A DNA stretch of 30,941 nt, from the NCBI GenBank assembly GCA_964016885.1, contig CAXHJY010001066.1, forward strand, positions 1 to 30,941. The letters run 5' to 3'. This DNA is from Eledone cirrhosa (Eukaryota). The stretch's first letter is position 1, and each line of letters begins with the position of its first letter. Made by a program: the position numbers and the translations under genes. Shown here one piece after another: positions 1 through 17,159 of this stretch. The notes below the pieces were generated by a model. The model did not search any database, was not told where the DNA came from, and saw only the letters and a list, made by a program, of their open reading frames with translations.

Positions 1-7410
<7,410 letters not shown>

Positions 7411-7424
7411 GGGAACTGATTCTG

Positions 7425-7512
7425 GCTTGATTTCTACAGCTGGATGCCCTTCCTAACACCAACCTCATTTACAGTGAGTGCTGGGTGCTTTTTTGCCATG
7501 GCACCTCCACGA
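7425..7512. mobile_element. Fragment of an interspersed repeat (tttctacagctggatgcccttcctaacaccaac...)
   Basis: Resembles, from recall, an abundant octopus SINE-like repeat; it lies next to another SINE fragment. Family not verified. Confidence 0.5.
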
Positions 7513-7544
7513 CCACTTTGCAGTGGAATGATATAGACCACTGT

Positions 7545-7691
7545 CATCTCATTTCTACAGCTGTGTAAACTGGAGCAATGTGAAATAAAGTGTCTTGCTC
7601 AAGGAAACAACACATCACCCGGTCTGAGATTTGAACTCACAACCTTTCGATTGCAAGGCCAATGCTCTAACCACTAAGCCATGTGCCTCCA
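7545..7691 (-). mobile_element. tRNA-derived CORE-type SINE, 5' part (family A)
   Basis: Minus strand reads ggcacatggcttagtggttagagc (A-box like) ... gagttcaaatctc (B-box like) ... ccttgagcaagacactttatttcac (CORE-like). Homologous to 21357-21637 and 20025-20325. Confidence 0.8.
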
Positions 7692-7804
7692 TTTATATAT
7701 ATATTATATATATTTATTTATTATATATATATTTATTATATATATATATATATATATATTTATAAGTTATTTTACATTTAGGGTTAGTTTTATCTTTCAT
7801 CCAT

Positions 7805-7943
7805 TACAGGGTGTCCCAAAGGTCACTAAACTATTACACACGCATACATATACATATATATCTTCATCATCATTTAACGTCCTTCTTCCACGTCAGCATG
7901 GGTTATATATGCAATGGTGTGGTAACTTTTGGATCGTCCTGTA
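7805..7943. mobile_element. Degenerate Tc1/mariner-type MITE
   Basis: Left end tacagggtgtcccaaaggtcac and right end (reverse complement) tacaggacgatccaaaagttac match at about 16/22 positions, with TA at both ends. The CAGGGTGTCCC terminus recurs at 13224-13439. Confidence 0.5.
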
Positions 7944-8095
7944 TCATACTTTTGAATTAAGTAGTGCTGATCTTTGAAATCATTCTTAATAATTATTATT
8001 ATTAATTTTTGTTTAACATAGGTACAAGGCCACAAATTTGAAAGTCTGCATATTTGGTGTGTGTGTGGGCTTTTTGATGTGGTTGTTCCTGTACC

Positions 8096-8101
8096 TTTAT
8101 T
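8096..8101 (-). promoter_or_regulatory. Candidate polyadenylation signal (AATAAA) for the zinc-finger gene
   Basis: tttatt on the + strand, about 80 bp downstream of the TGA stop. Confidence 0.4.
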
Positions 8102-8180
8102 GAAACGTGTGTGTGTGTGTGTTTGGATGTGTATATATTTGAGCAGATGTGTGTGTAGGAAGTGAGTTTGTTTTTCTATT

Positions 8181-9488
8181 TCAAGGAGAATGCAATGCTC
8201 GGGTGTGTTTTGACAAAGTGGAAGAATGTGTGAAAGTTTTTTCACAATGTTGGCACTGAAATGGCCTCTCACCCGAATGTGTCCTCAAGTGTGAGTGGAG
8301 GTTAGATGAAACAGAAAATGTCTTGCAGCACAGGGGACACTCAAAAGGCTTCTCTCCAGAATGTTTTCGCAAGTGGAGTGCCAGATTGGAAGCCTGTGCA
8401 AACCTCTTGTGGCAGATTGAACATAGAAAAGGTTTCTCCCCGGTGTGAGTTCGGATGTGTCGAGTTAATGTCGAAGATAAGGCAAATGTACGAGAACAGA
8501 TATCACATTGGAACGGTTTCTCACCTGAATGAACACGACCATGTTTCCATAGTGTTGAAGAATGAGTGAATGTCTTCTCGCAAACCGAGCATTTGAAAGG
8601 CTTCTCTCCTGAGTGTACGCGCATGTGGGCTGTCAAATTGGCCACTGTTGAGAAGCGTTTATCACAAAAATCGCATGTATAAGGTCGCGCTGCAGAATGT
8701 GTCCTCATGTGCTTCCACCTGGTGGAGGAATGCGAAAATGCTTTCATACATACACGGCATCTGTATGGCTTTTCTCCAGAATGAACTCTCATGTGCTGAG
8801 ACAGAGTGGAAGAATGGGAGAAGGACTTATTACAAACTGAACACGTGTGCGGTCTTTCCCCAGAATGTGTCTTGAGGTGAGATGTTAAGTTTGATGGCAT
8901 TGAAAAGCTTTTGTTACACTGATTACATATGTATGGCTTCAGACCAGACGTGTGCTTCGAGCGGACATGTTTGGATAGGGTCGAAGAATGGGCAAAAGCT
9001 GTTAGACACACTTGACAGGAGAAAGGTTTTTCACCAGAATGAACCCTTGAGTGAACACGTAGGTTTGCAGCAGTGGAGAAACTTTTGTCGCACACCGTAC
9101 ATTTGTACGGCCTTAGGCCTGAGTGGCATTTCACATGTCGAGAAAGGCTTGAGGTGTGAGCAAAAGATTTGTTGCAAATATTGCAGGTTATTGATTGCCG
9201 ATCAATTTTATTAACAAATTCAGAGGTCAAGGGTTGCAGATGTGATCCACTGTGCTCATCCAGTTTCTTCGGCAATACATGGGTCTCTAAGTGTTTGAGT
9301 AAGTTAGAGCCATGACTGAATGTCTTGTTGCACCAGTTACATGTGTAAGGAAAAGACATGGAATGGCTGCGTTTATGTCTGTAAAGGCTAGAGGAGTGGT
9401 TGAAACATTTCCCACATTCTGAACACATGAAGGGCTGCTCTATGACAGTTTTAGTCAACGCTAAGGAAGATTCAGCAAGGGCAGACAT
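8181..9488 (-). CDS. C2H2 (Kruppel-type) multi-zinc-finger protein, 14 fingers (2 + 12), about 435 aa, single coding exon
   Basis: 14 CxxC-x12-Hxxx(x)H motifs with canonical (S/T)GE(K/R)P linkers. First ATG is at 9488 (the track start at 9491 is GTG); TGA is at 8181-8183. No KRAB, BTB or SCAN domain is visible. Confidence 0.95.
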   Translation of the reverse strand: MSALAESSLALTKTVIEQPFMCSECGKCFNHSSSLYRHKRSHSMSFPYTCNWCNKTFSHGSNLLKHLETHVLPKKLDEHSGSHLQPLTSEFVNKIDRQSITCNICNKSFAHTSSLSRHVKCHSGLRPYKCTVCDKSFSTAANLRVHSRVHSGEKPFSCQVCLTAFAHSSTLSKHVRSKHTSGLKPYICNQCNKSFSMPSNLTSHLKTHSGERPHTCSVCNKSFSHSSTLSQHMRVHSGEKPYRCRVCMKAFSHSSTRWKHMRTHSAARPYTCDFCDKRFSTVANLTAHMRVHSGEKPFKCSVCEKTFTHSSTLWKHGRVHSGEKPFQCDICSRTFALSSTLTRHIRTHTGEKPFLCSICHKRFAQASNLALHLRKHSGEKPFECPLCCKTFSVSSNLHSHLRTHSGERPFQCQHCEKTFTHSSTLSKHTRALHSP

Positions 9489-9932
9489 CACAGCTGATAT
9501 TTATGTCTTAATTTTTTTTGTCCTTTTAAGAATTATTAATTATTTATATTTGCATAGCAAATGATCTTTGGGTGAGAAGAAATACCAAGAACTTCTCTCT
9601 CAGTGGAAGGAAGCTGCAGTAGAGGAAGGTCGAGGAAAATCTGGGCAGAGTTGATCTCAAAATGATCAATGATCCTTACAGAGAAGACAACAAAGGAATG
9701 CAAAAGTTTGGATGGGGGTTGTGCTGGAAAAGACCCTCCAAATCATGCAAACTTCGGAAAATGGACATAAAGCGGATGATTTATTTCTGAAAAAAACCCT
9801 GATAATGTAGAATCAGTAGTAAAAAGTGTAGCTAAGGCACTGAAATACCATTTCATAGATCAGGAGTTCAAAAGCCACTGAAGATGTTTGGGGTGTTTGT
9901 GTGTAATATATTTGATTTTTTCTCACAGGTAT

Positions 9933-10086
9933 TGTCTGAGGAGCAACGGAAATGGTATCAGACATTTCTAGAGTGTGTGTGTGTGTGTGGTTAGCAGGGT
10001 GGGAGTGGTGTGTTGAAGTTACCATCTATAAGAGACCGGAATTATGTCTGAGGAGCAGCAGAAATGGTATCAGACATTTCTAGAGT
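9933..10086 (+). repeat. 42-bp direct duplication (9933-9974 and 10045-10086)
   Basis: tgtctgaggagca(ac/gc)(g/a)gaaatggtatcagacatttctagagt occurs twice with 2 mismatches, upstream of the ZNF ATG. Confidence 0.85.
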
Positions 10087-10125
10087 TAGTTTTTCTTCAT
10101 AAATGTTCTCCAATCTGTTGAATAT

Positions 10126-10150
10126 CTGGAAAGAGAATATAAAAAAAGAA
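10126..10150 (-). other. Candidate 3' splice acceptor for the ZNF 5'UTR/coding exon
   Basis: Minus strand ttctttttttatattctctttccag|atatt: a long polypyrimidine tract followed by CAG, about 640 bp upstream of the ATG. Confidence 0.45.
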
Positions 10151-10214
10151 TCAATAAGAATCGTAACAGAATTGGTAAAGTTTCAAATATCAAGCATTAT
10201 TTAGTTTCCCCCCT

Positions 10215-10413
10215 TTAACCCTTTCATGACCGCATTTGAAAGGATTTACTAAAATTACTAATTATTTCATTACTAAAATAGTAACTTAATGTAAGGTTCT
10301 TATATAAAATTATGTTGGAAGATTTTGATTTAAACTGAAAACCGTTAAAATGGATTTTATTTCATCTATGAGACCAGTGCTGGTTTTAACCAGGTTGGTA
10401 ACTAAAGGGTTAG
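10215..10413. mobile_element. piggyBac-like MITE, about 190 bp
   Basis: TTAA-CCCTTT...AAAGGG-TTAG: CCC/GGG termini, a TTAA-like target site and an AT-rich non-coding interior. Confidence 0.6.
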
Positions 10414-10604
10414 TGTTATGAATTCAAATCATGCCAAGGTTGTCCGATGCTGCCAGCCCACCACCCTTTATAATAATAATAATACACATCTCAAACTGTT
10501 TGACATTAGATATAGAGCTCTCAAATGATGATTTATTTGCCACAAGGGCATCAGATGAAGGAGACATTACAAGACAAGTGGGTCACATAGATTTTTCACA
10601 TAAT

Positions 10605-10790
10605 TGTTTCTACTTTTGGCACAAGGCCAGCAATTACCCCAGTGTATTACTGGTACTTTATTTTATCGACCCTGTAAGGATGAAAGGCAAAGTTAACCTC
10701 GGCGGGATTTGAACTCAGACCATAAAGGGCCGTAACTATGCATCAAAGCATGGCGTCCTACCCTCTACCGATACTGCCAATCCACCGCCC
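10605..10790 (-). mobile_element. tRNA-derived SINE (family B, Meta-like central domain) with 18-bp target-site duplication
   Basis: Minus strand: ggcggtggattggcag ... gagttcaaatcccgccgaggttaactttgcctttcatccttacagggtcgataaaataaagtaccag. Flanked by atagattt(t/c)tcacataat at 10587-10604 and 10792-10809. Homologous to 20720-20890. Confidence 0.85.
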
Positions 10791-10809
10791 TATAGATTTC
10801 TCACATAAT

Positions 10810-11272
10810 GACATCACCTACACCAACAACAGTAACAATAACAACAACAACAGTAACAACAATAACATCACCTACACCAACAACAGTAACAACTTACCAC
10901 TCCCTGCAACTAACTTTGTTTCTCAGAAAAAAGGCTCTTATTGAGTATTGTAGTAGAAGTAGTAGTAATGGTGGCGGTGGTAGTAGGAATGCTGGTAGCA
11001 AGGTAATGGTAGTGGTGGTGATGGTAGTAGTGATGGTAATGGTGGTAGTAGTAGTAGGAATGTTGGGAGCACAGTAATACTAGTAATTTTAGTAACAATA
11101 GTAGCAACAGCAGTGGTGGTAGTAGTAGCAGTAATAGTAACAGCAACTGTTGTAGTAGTAGCAGAAATATTAATGGTAACAGCAGTAGTGGCAGCAGTAG
11201 TAGTAGTAGTAGTGGTAGTAACATCACTAACAGTAGTTGTAGTAGCAGCAGTAACAGTAGTAATAGTAGTAA
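10810..11272. repeat. (AAC)n then degenerate (GTA/GTG/GCA)n trinucleotide microsatellite
   Basis: Low-complexity triplet repeats, including a duplicated acatcacctacaccaacaacagtaac unit. Confidence 0.9.
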
Positions 11273-11294
11273 ATGAAACATCAGAAAGAAATAG

Positions 11295-11506
11295 GTGTTT
11301 TTAACTCTAGGTCAACCACGATCGAGCAGGTCTGTTATATAATACGTTCCAACCACGACCAGCATGTCTTTCTCTCTGACATCGTGTATCTAAGACCATA
11401 TTATGCATTGCCCCCTCCTTCCCGTATAAAGAGAGTAGGATGTAAATACATTTGGCTGCTATTTATAGCAGGTCGAGCAACCATGTTGAAGCTCGTCTTC
11501 TTGGCT
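11295..11506 (+). mobile_element. Interspersed repeat family C copy
   Basis: ggtcaaccacgatcgagcagg...cgttcc...atttggctgctatttatagcaggtcgagc is shared with 13560-13935 (+) and 12955-13040 (-). Confidence 0.65.
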
Positions 11507-12055
11507 GGAAGTGTAAGAATATATTAGATGAATTGGAACATAACTTCCGTCACCAACCCAGGTTCTGCTGGCCGCCAGGCTGAAGAGAGGCAAACTTTTC
11601 AAGTATCGGCCGCTCTCAGATAGGTCTGTTGTTGAACCTGTAGCAGTGGAGACTTCCTGAATTCTTGAGTACCCCAGACCACATCCTTCCCTAGTCACGG
11701 CTAATGGAGCGGAGTTGGCTACCTACCTATCCATCTACCTACTTTTCTATCTATCTGAGTTTAGGTCTTTAATACTTCATATAGTAATAGAGAACGATGG
11801 AGGTTATAGATAGACAGAGTATACAAATCTTTCAACACGGTTAAGAGTCAGTCCGCCTCGTGGTGCCGGCAGACGAGATGGAGAAGACATTGTCCCAGGA
11901 AGATAGCGAGTGTATCAATAGTAGGTGATGCTGCCGAAGGGATGAATTATCATTCATGCCTTTCCACAACCAACAACACGAAGAACGACAGTTATATTTA
12001 TCAACAATTACATTAAGTCACGAGCTTAAACCTGTATAGACGGTTGCACTGGCAG

Positions 12056-12180
12056 CTCGTGTGTAGGCACTGCGGAACTGCAGTACCCTCTCTATTTTCC
12101 CTCGTGTATAGTTACTGCGGAACTGCAGAACCCAGTCCCAATTTTCACTCGTGTATAGACACTGCGGAACTGCAGCACCC
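12056..12180 (+). repeat. Three tandem 45-47-bp units with palindromic core ACTGCGGAACTGCAG
   Basis: Units start at 12056, 12101 and 12148: ctcgtgt(g/a)tagnnactgcggaactgcagnaccc. A degenerate fourth unit lies at about 12031. Confidence 0.9.
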
Positions 12181-12954
12181 TTGTATGGAACTGTGATGTT
12201 CTTCACAGTTCCAGCGATGCGGTGTTAGTTGTGCTCATGTGCACGTTAGAGCACTGCCCCTCATTCACTGTTGACCCTGTTGTCCGGGGGCTTGGTAGTG
12301 TTTATTTTTGACACAGCCAGTGTTGCGCTTAAAAACCGTGTACCATATTCTGGAATGTGATTTTCGGTTGTTATTGTAAAGAAAATTTAAATCATTTAAC
12401 CATGAACTCTTTGCATCCCCAACAAATAAGTTCTGTGACAGTAAACTTCAACAGCTTAAGTTTTCACTGTTATCTCTCCATGAGACAGTTAAGAAAAGAG
12501 GCCGTTCAACACCTGATATTCAAATACCTCAGCTAGGAATAAGCAACAACAAAAGGTATATTCGTAGCTTTAATTCTGAATTTCACCAACGGAAAAGTTG
12601 GCTCTGAAGCAGCACCCTCATTAATTTTAAGTTGTTACTTTTAATTTAAAGAGTTGTTAAAATAGAAATTAAAATATAAATGAAGTCGTTCAAGCATTTT
12701 AGCAAGCCAATGTGGGAGTTACATTTGGACAGGCCAATGTTGAGTTGTATTGGATTAAATAATTTTACTATTAAGTAATATTTTCAAAGTCGTTCCTTGT
12801 ATGTCTAGGATTAAAAAAAATATAATTTAGAATCGTCTGCATATTATTTTAAAGAAACTGCTCTTATAACTGGTGTTGTATTGATATATAAATCAGAAAG
12901 AGAAGTGAGCTCAAACTACTGCCTTGAAGGACACCATTCTCAAACAACAGCCAC

Positions 12955-13040
12955 CATACGAGGTTGGTCACTCGACCAACAAAAACACCAACCAAATTCC
13001 CCTAAATTCACACATTACCTTAAAAATAGAGGAAAAACAC
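12955..13040 (-). mobile_element. Interspersed repeat family C fragment (inverted)
   Basis: ggtcactcgacc...accaaattcccctaaattcacac is the reverse complement of the tgatttgagggagatttggctgct...ggtcga motif seen at 11450 and 13650. Confidence 0.55.
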
Positions 13041-13223
13041 GTTAGATAATGGAGTTTATCTCGATGCCATTAAAAATATAAAAGACAGAAGAGGAACATG
13101 TTTTTAAAAAAAAGGTCCGCTTCATCAAAGTTGACCTGTAAAGATAAACAACGACCAAATCACATCGTATTGTGTTGGCAAACATTACATAAGACAAGCT
13201 AGTTATATATATATATATATATA

Positions 13224-13439
13224 CAGGTGTCCCCCAAAAATGTAAACATACGTTGATTACGTGTACAGGCAATGTTTATTAGAATACTGTTGAAGTGTGT
13301 ATACATTTCTTTGGACAACTTGTGTGTGTGTGAGTATATATATATATATATATATATATATACTATGTCTCCAAAAAATGTATACACATTTCAACAGCAT
13401 TCTAATCAAAGTGTGTATATATTTTGGGGGGACACCCTG
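13224..13439. mobile_element. Pair of short Tc1/mariner-type MITEs in inverted orientation around a (TG)/(TA)n spacer
   Basis: Outer TIRs caggtgtcccccaaaaatgta / tatattttgggggacaccctg. Inner arms ttagaatactgttgaagtgtgtatacattt / aaatgtatacacatttcaacagcattctaa are reverse complements. Confidence 0.75.
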
Positions 13440-13559
13440 CACATATATATATATATATTATTAAAATGTTGAGATGACCAGGAACTAAAGAACAACTGTA
13501 AACTAAACTTGTATTGGTTTAGAGTTGGTTGTTTAATCCCAGATCGAACATCAAATCTA

Positions 13560-13935
13560 TCAAATCTTCCATCAAACGGTATTTATTCCAGCTGTGACCA
13601 TCACTTTTTTTTTGTATTACATCAAGTATTACCTTACCTAGATTGTCCTTTGAGGGGAGATTTGGCTGCTATTTTTAACTGGTCGAACGACCAGACAGAC
13701 GCTCCCTCGCTGCTAAATTGCTGGTCACACTGTGTGGTTTAGTCCCAGGTCAACTATGTCCAGTAGACATATGATCAAAGGCGTTCCAGTTGTGACATTC
13801 ACGTATTAATTATCGCACAGTGTATCATTATATAAAGTCTAGTTACCTTTTCTTTTAAAGACAGTAAGGTAAGATTTGAGGAAGATTTAGCTGCTATTGT
13901 TTCTAGCACATCAACTGACTCTCTTGTTGGTGTAG
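13560..13935 (+). mobile_element. Two tandem degenerate copies of repeat family C
   Basis: ttccagctgtgaccat...tttgaggggagatttggctgctattt followed by caggtcaac...atgatcaaaggcgttccagttgtgac...tttgaggaagatttagctgctatt. Confidence 0.65.
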
Positions 13936-14027
13936 GTCATTACATGAGGTTGAAAAAACAGAACTTACTAAATGAAACTCTATATTGCCTGATTAACTTC
14001 TACATTACGATATCTGTAACTTTACTT

Positions 14028-14318
14028 TTACACACACAGTGACATACAGATACATACACACACTAACATGTAGACACACAAACATACACACGCACAGTGA
14101 CAAATACAAATACACACAGTGACTTAGATATATACACACACACAAAGAGAAACATACAGACGCACACACACACAATCTCTCCCTCTCTCTGTGTTAAAGT
14201 AAACTTTTGTTTCGCTTACACACACATACATATATATATATGTGTGTACATTTCAGATAAACCTCTGCCTTTCTTTCTCTCTCTCTCTTAATATACATAC
14301 ACTATACACACATACATA

Positions 14319-14367
<49 letters not shown>

Positions 14368-14730
14368 GTAGAGCAAATATCAGATCTCTCTTAGGGTGAA
14401 AGCAGAAATTCATTGCTTAAACTTCTAATCTATACTTTATATATATACACCCAAATCGGGAGTTTGGCTGAAGTTTAATGTGTGTGCGTGTATATATATA
14501 TATATATATCTGAAAAGAGTCAGGACCCCGACGGCTGATCTTCGCTGTAAGAGAGAGATGTGCATGTGTATAAATTTCTCTCTCTGTTTGTGTCTCTCTA
14601 TCTGTCTGTCCCTCTCTCTCTCTATCTGTCTGTCTGTCTGTCTCTCCCTCTCTCTCTATCTCGCCCTCCCTCTCTCTCTATCTGTCTGTCTCTCTCTCTC
14701 TATCTGTCTGTCTGCCCCCCCCCCTCTCTC
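14028..14730. repeat. Cluster of (CA)n, (TA)n and (TC/TG)n microsatellites
   Basis: Direct inspection; short unique stretches are interspersed. Confidence 0.8.
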
Positions 14731-15014
14731 ATTACCATATCCCGTAATTCTTTCACGTAAAAAGTAAAAAAGATAAAAACTTCCACCCAACAACAAACAG
14801 TCGGTGAAAAGTAAATAAAATAACAACTAAATAGAAATAACAATATATAAGTGTAAAGCTTTTCCAACTTACCAGAAGGTACCATGGCTGTTGTAACTAT
14901 CATCATCATCGCAGTACTATTGTTATCAACAGTTGCGTGGCAAAAATGGGATTTTAGTTTTTCAAAAATAAAAGACTTATCTGTGTCTCTCGACATTAGA
15001 TTCCACCCAGTTTA

Positions 15015-16052
15015 TTGCTGCGGTTAGTAGTAGTAGTAGTAACTATATTAGCAGTTGTGGTAGTAGTAGTAGCAGCAGCAGTAGTAGTAGCAACAGAAGT
15101 AGCGGTGGTGGTAGTAGTAATAGTAGTAGTAATAATGATGGTAATAGTAGTAATAGCAGCAGTAGTGGTGGAAGTAGTAGTAGTAGTCACAGTAGTAGCA
15201 GCAGCAGTAGCGATGGTAGTAGTAACTGTAGTAGTAATAGTAGTAGTAGTAGTAGCAGCAACAACAGCAGCAGTAATGGTGGTAGTAATAGTAGCAACAG
15301 CCTTAGCGCTAGTAGTAGTGGTAGCAGTAATTATTCTAGTTGTAGCAGTAGTAGTAGTAGTGGTAGAAGTGGTAGTGGTAGTGGTGGTAGAAGTAGTAGT
15401 AGTGAAGGTGTATATGTAATAGCTGAAGTGGTAACAGCAGTTGGTGTAGTAATGTGGTAGTGGTGGGGGTGGTAGTGGAGTGGTGGTCGTGGTAGTGATG
15501 CTAATAGTGATAGAGGTGGTGAGGGTGGTAGTAGTGGTGGGGGTGGTAGTAGTGGAGGGGTGGGGTCGTAGTGATGATAATAGTGATAGAGGTAGTAGTG
15601 ATGGTAGTGGTAGTAGTGGTGTTGGTAGTAGTGGTGTTGGTGATAGTGGTGGTGGTGTCTGAAATACCAGCCACAGTAGAAGTAGCAATGGTGGCAGCAG
15701 TAGCAACAAGAACTAGTAGTGGTAATAGTAGTAGCAGCAATAGTAGTGGTGGTGGTAGTAGTAGTAACAGGAACTAGTAGTGGTAATAGTAGTAGCAGCA
15801 ATAGTAGTGGTGGTGGTAGTAGTAACAGGAACTAGTAGCGGTAGCAACAGTAATAGTAGTAGTAGTAACAGTAATAGTGGTGGTGGTAGTAGTAGTAACA
15901 ATAGTAGTAGTGGTGGTAGTAGCAGTAGTTAGCAGCAACAGGATCTAGTAGCAGTAGCAGCAGCAGCAGTAATAGTAGTAGTAGCAGTAGTAACAGTAAT
16001 AGTAGCAGTAGTGGTGGTAGTAGTAATACTAATTGTGATAATAGTAGTAGTA
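15015..16052. repeat. About 1-kb degenerate (GTA/GTG)n microsatellite with a higher-order unit of about 60 bp at 15705-15850
   Basis: The marker aaca(a/g)gaactagtag recurs at about 15706, 15766 and 15824, and as aacaggatctagtag at about 15937. Confidence 0.9.
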
Positions 16053-16280
16053 CACTTGCTTTTCTCAGACACATTGTAGAAGGGTTAGAATGGAGAAGAA
16101 TTTTTTTTTTATGTTTAGGTTATTTGATTGTGAGGATAAGATGTGATGTTCGTACCTTCCTCAAAGGGGGACTTTAAAAGGTTAGAAAAAAGCAAAATAA
16201 TTAGGAAAGAAGTGAAGTCGCAAACAACCTGGAGTTGTAGCTAGACTACCAGCAGAGCAGTGGGGACTCATGTTTGGAAT

Positions 16281-16510
16281 ATAATAATTCTTTCCAATAT
16301 TGGTACAAGGCCAACAATTTGAGGGAGGAAAGTTGATTATATTGACTTCAGTACATTACTGGTACTTTAGTTTACAAAAGGCGGTGAATTAGCAGAGTCG
16401 TTAGAACATTGAATAGAATGTTTTGTGGCATTCCTTCCAGCTCTCTGCAGAGGTCAACTTTACCTTTCATCCTTTCAAGGATGTATCAGTCAAATACTGG
16501 GGTTGATTCT
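16281..16510. mobile_element. Two abutting family-B SINE fragments in opposite orientation
   Basis: 16281-16372 is a minus-strand 3' part (tggtacaaggcc...actggtacttt). 16378-16510 is a plus-strand head (aaggcggtgaattagcagagtcgttag...gaggtcaactttacctttcatcctttc). Confidence 0.7.
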
Positions 16511-17159
16511 TCCTCTATATCTCTTTCTTACTTCCACTCTCTATCCTTCTCTGGAAGAAATCTGCAGTATTAAGATCTGAAGAGGTTTGGAAAAATGTCC
16601 AAGAAATGTTGTATGACAATATGGCGCCCTTTACGACTCATTCAGGAGTTACGGGATCATACCACTATACTTGTTTGTTTGTTTTTTGTTATATCTGGTA
16701 CCCCAGCATATTGGCTGGAACATGTGATAGAGTAACATTAATACAATAACAAAATGAAGTTCAGCTCTGATTAATTTATGATGACAGATTCACTTCTTGC
16801 TACGTGACAGGGATGAGTAAGATCTGGATTTCACTACAGACTGGAGCGTAGGACATAATAAAAAAGAGGCAAACATAGATGGGCTGGCCACATCTCTCAT
16901 CGCAGAGACAACAGGTGGACTATTAGAGTGACAGAGTGGACATCAAGGTAGTGGAGAGCAGCCAAAGGCAAGATAGAGCAACAATCTGACCTGATATCTT
17001 GGTCCTGTTTGACCCAGTGATAGGAAGTGCTGGAGAGTTTCCTCCAATAGGAGTGAGAAGGCTCTGGCTTTGTGGAAAGATCAACTTTGGTATTTGTCTT
17101 CACAGGGTTGCTAAAATTAAGTAGCATGCATAGTACATATCTTATCACCTTCTTCTTTG

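Noticed and set aside
7630-7690. Possible tRNA gene (also 21357-21400)
   Set aside because: No intact cloverleaf; the sequence continues into a SINE body.
7778-7790. TTAGGGTTAG telomere-like or telomerase-template-like motif
   Set aside because: A single short occurrence in AT-rich DNA with no supporting structure.
8306-9214. Plus-strand ORFs overlapping the ZNF gene (and 18116-18703 overlapping NAXE)
   Set aside because: Antisense shadows with no recognisable features.
11575-11620. Hammerhead-like CTGAAGA core
   Set aside because: No correctly placed GAAA or stems I/III could be built.
12056-12180. CRISPR-like look of the palindromic repeats with linkers
   Set aside because: Eukaryotic context, no cas genes, only three units, and linkers too short and related to each other (attttc).
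14996-16074. Mucin-like poly-Thr / poly-Val ORFs (also 10808-11304)
   Set aside because: Degenerate (GTA)n microsatellite open in several frames on both strands, with no unique domain.
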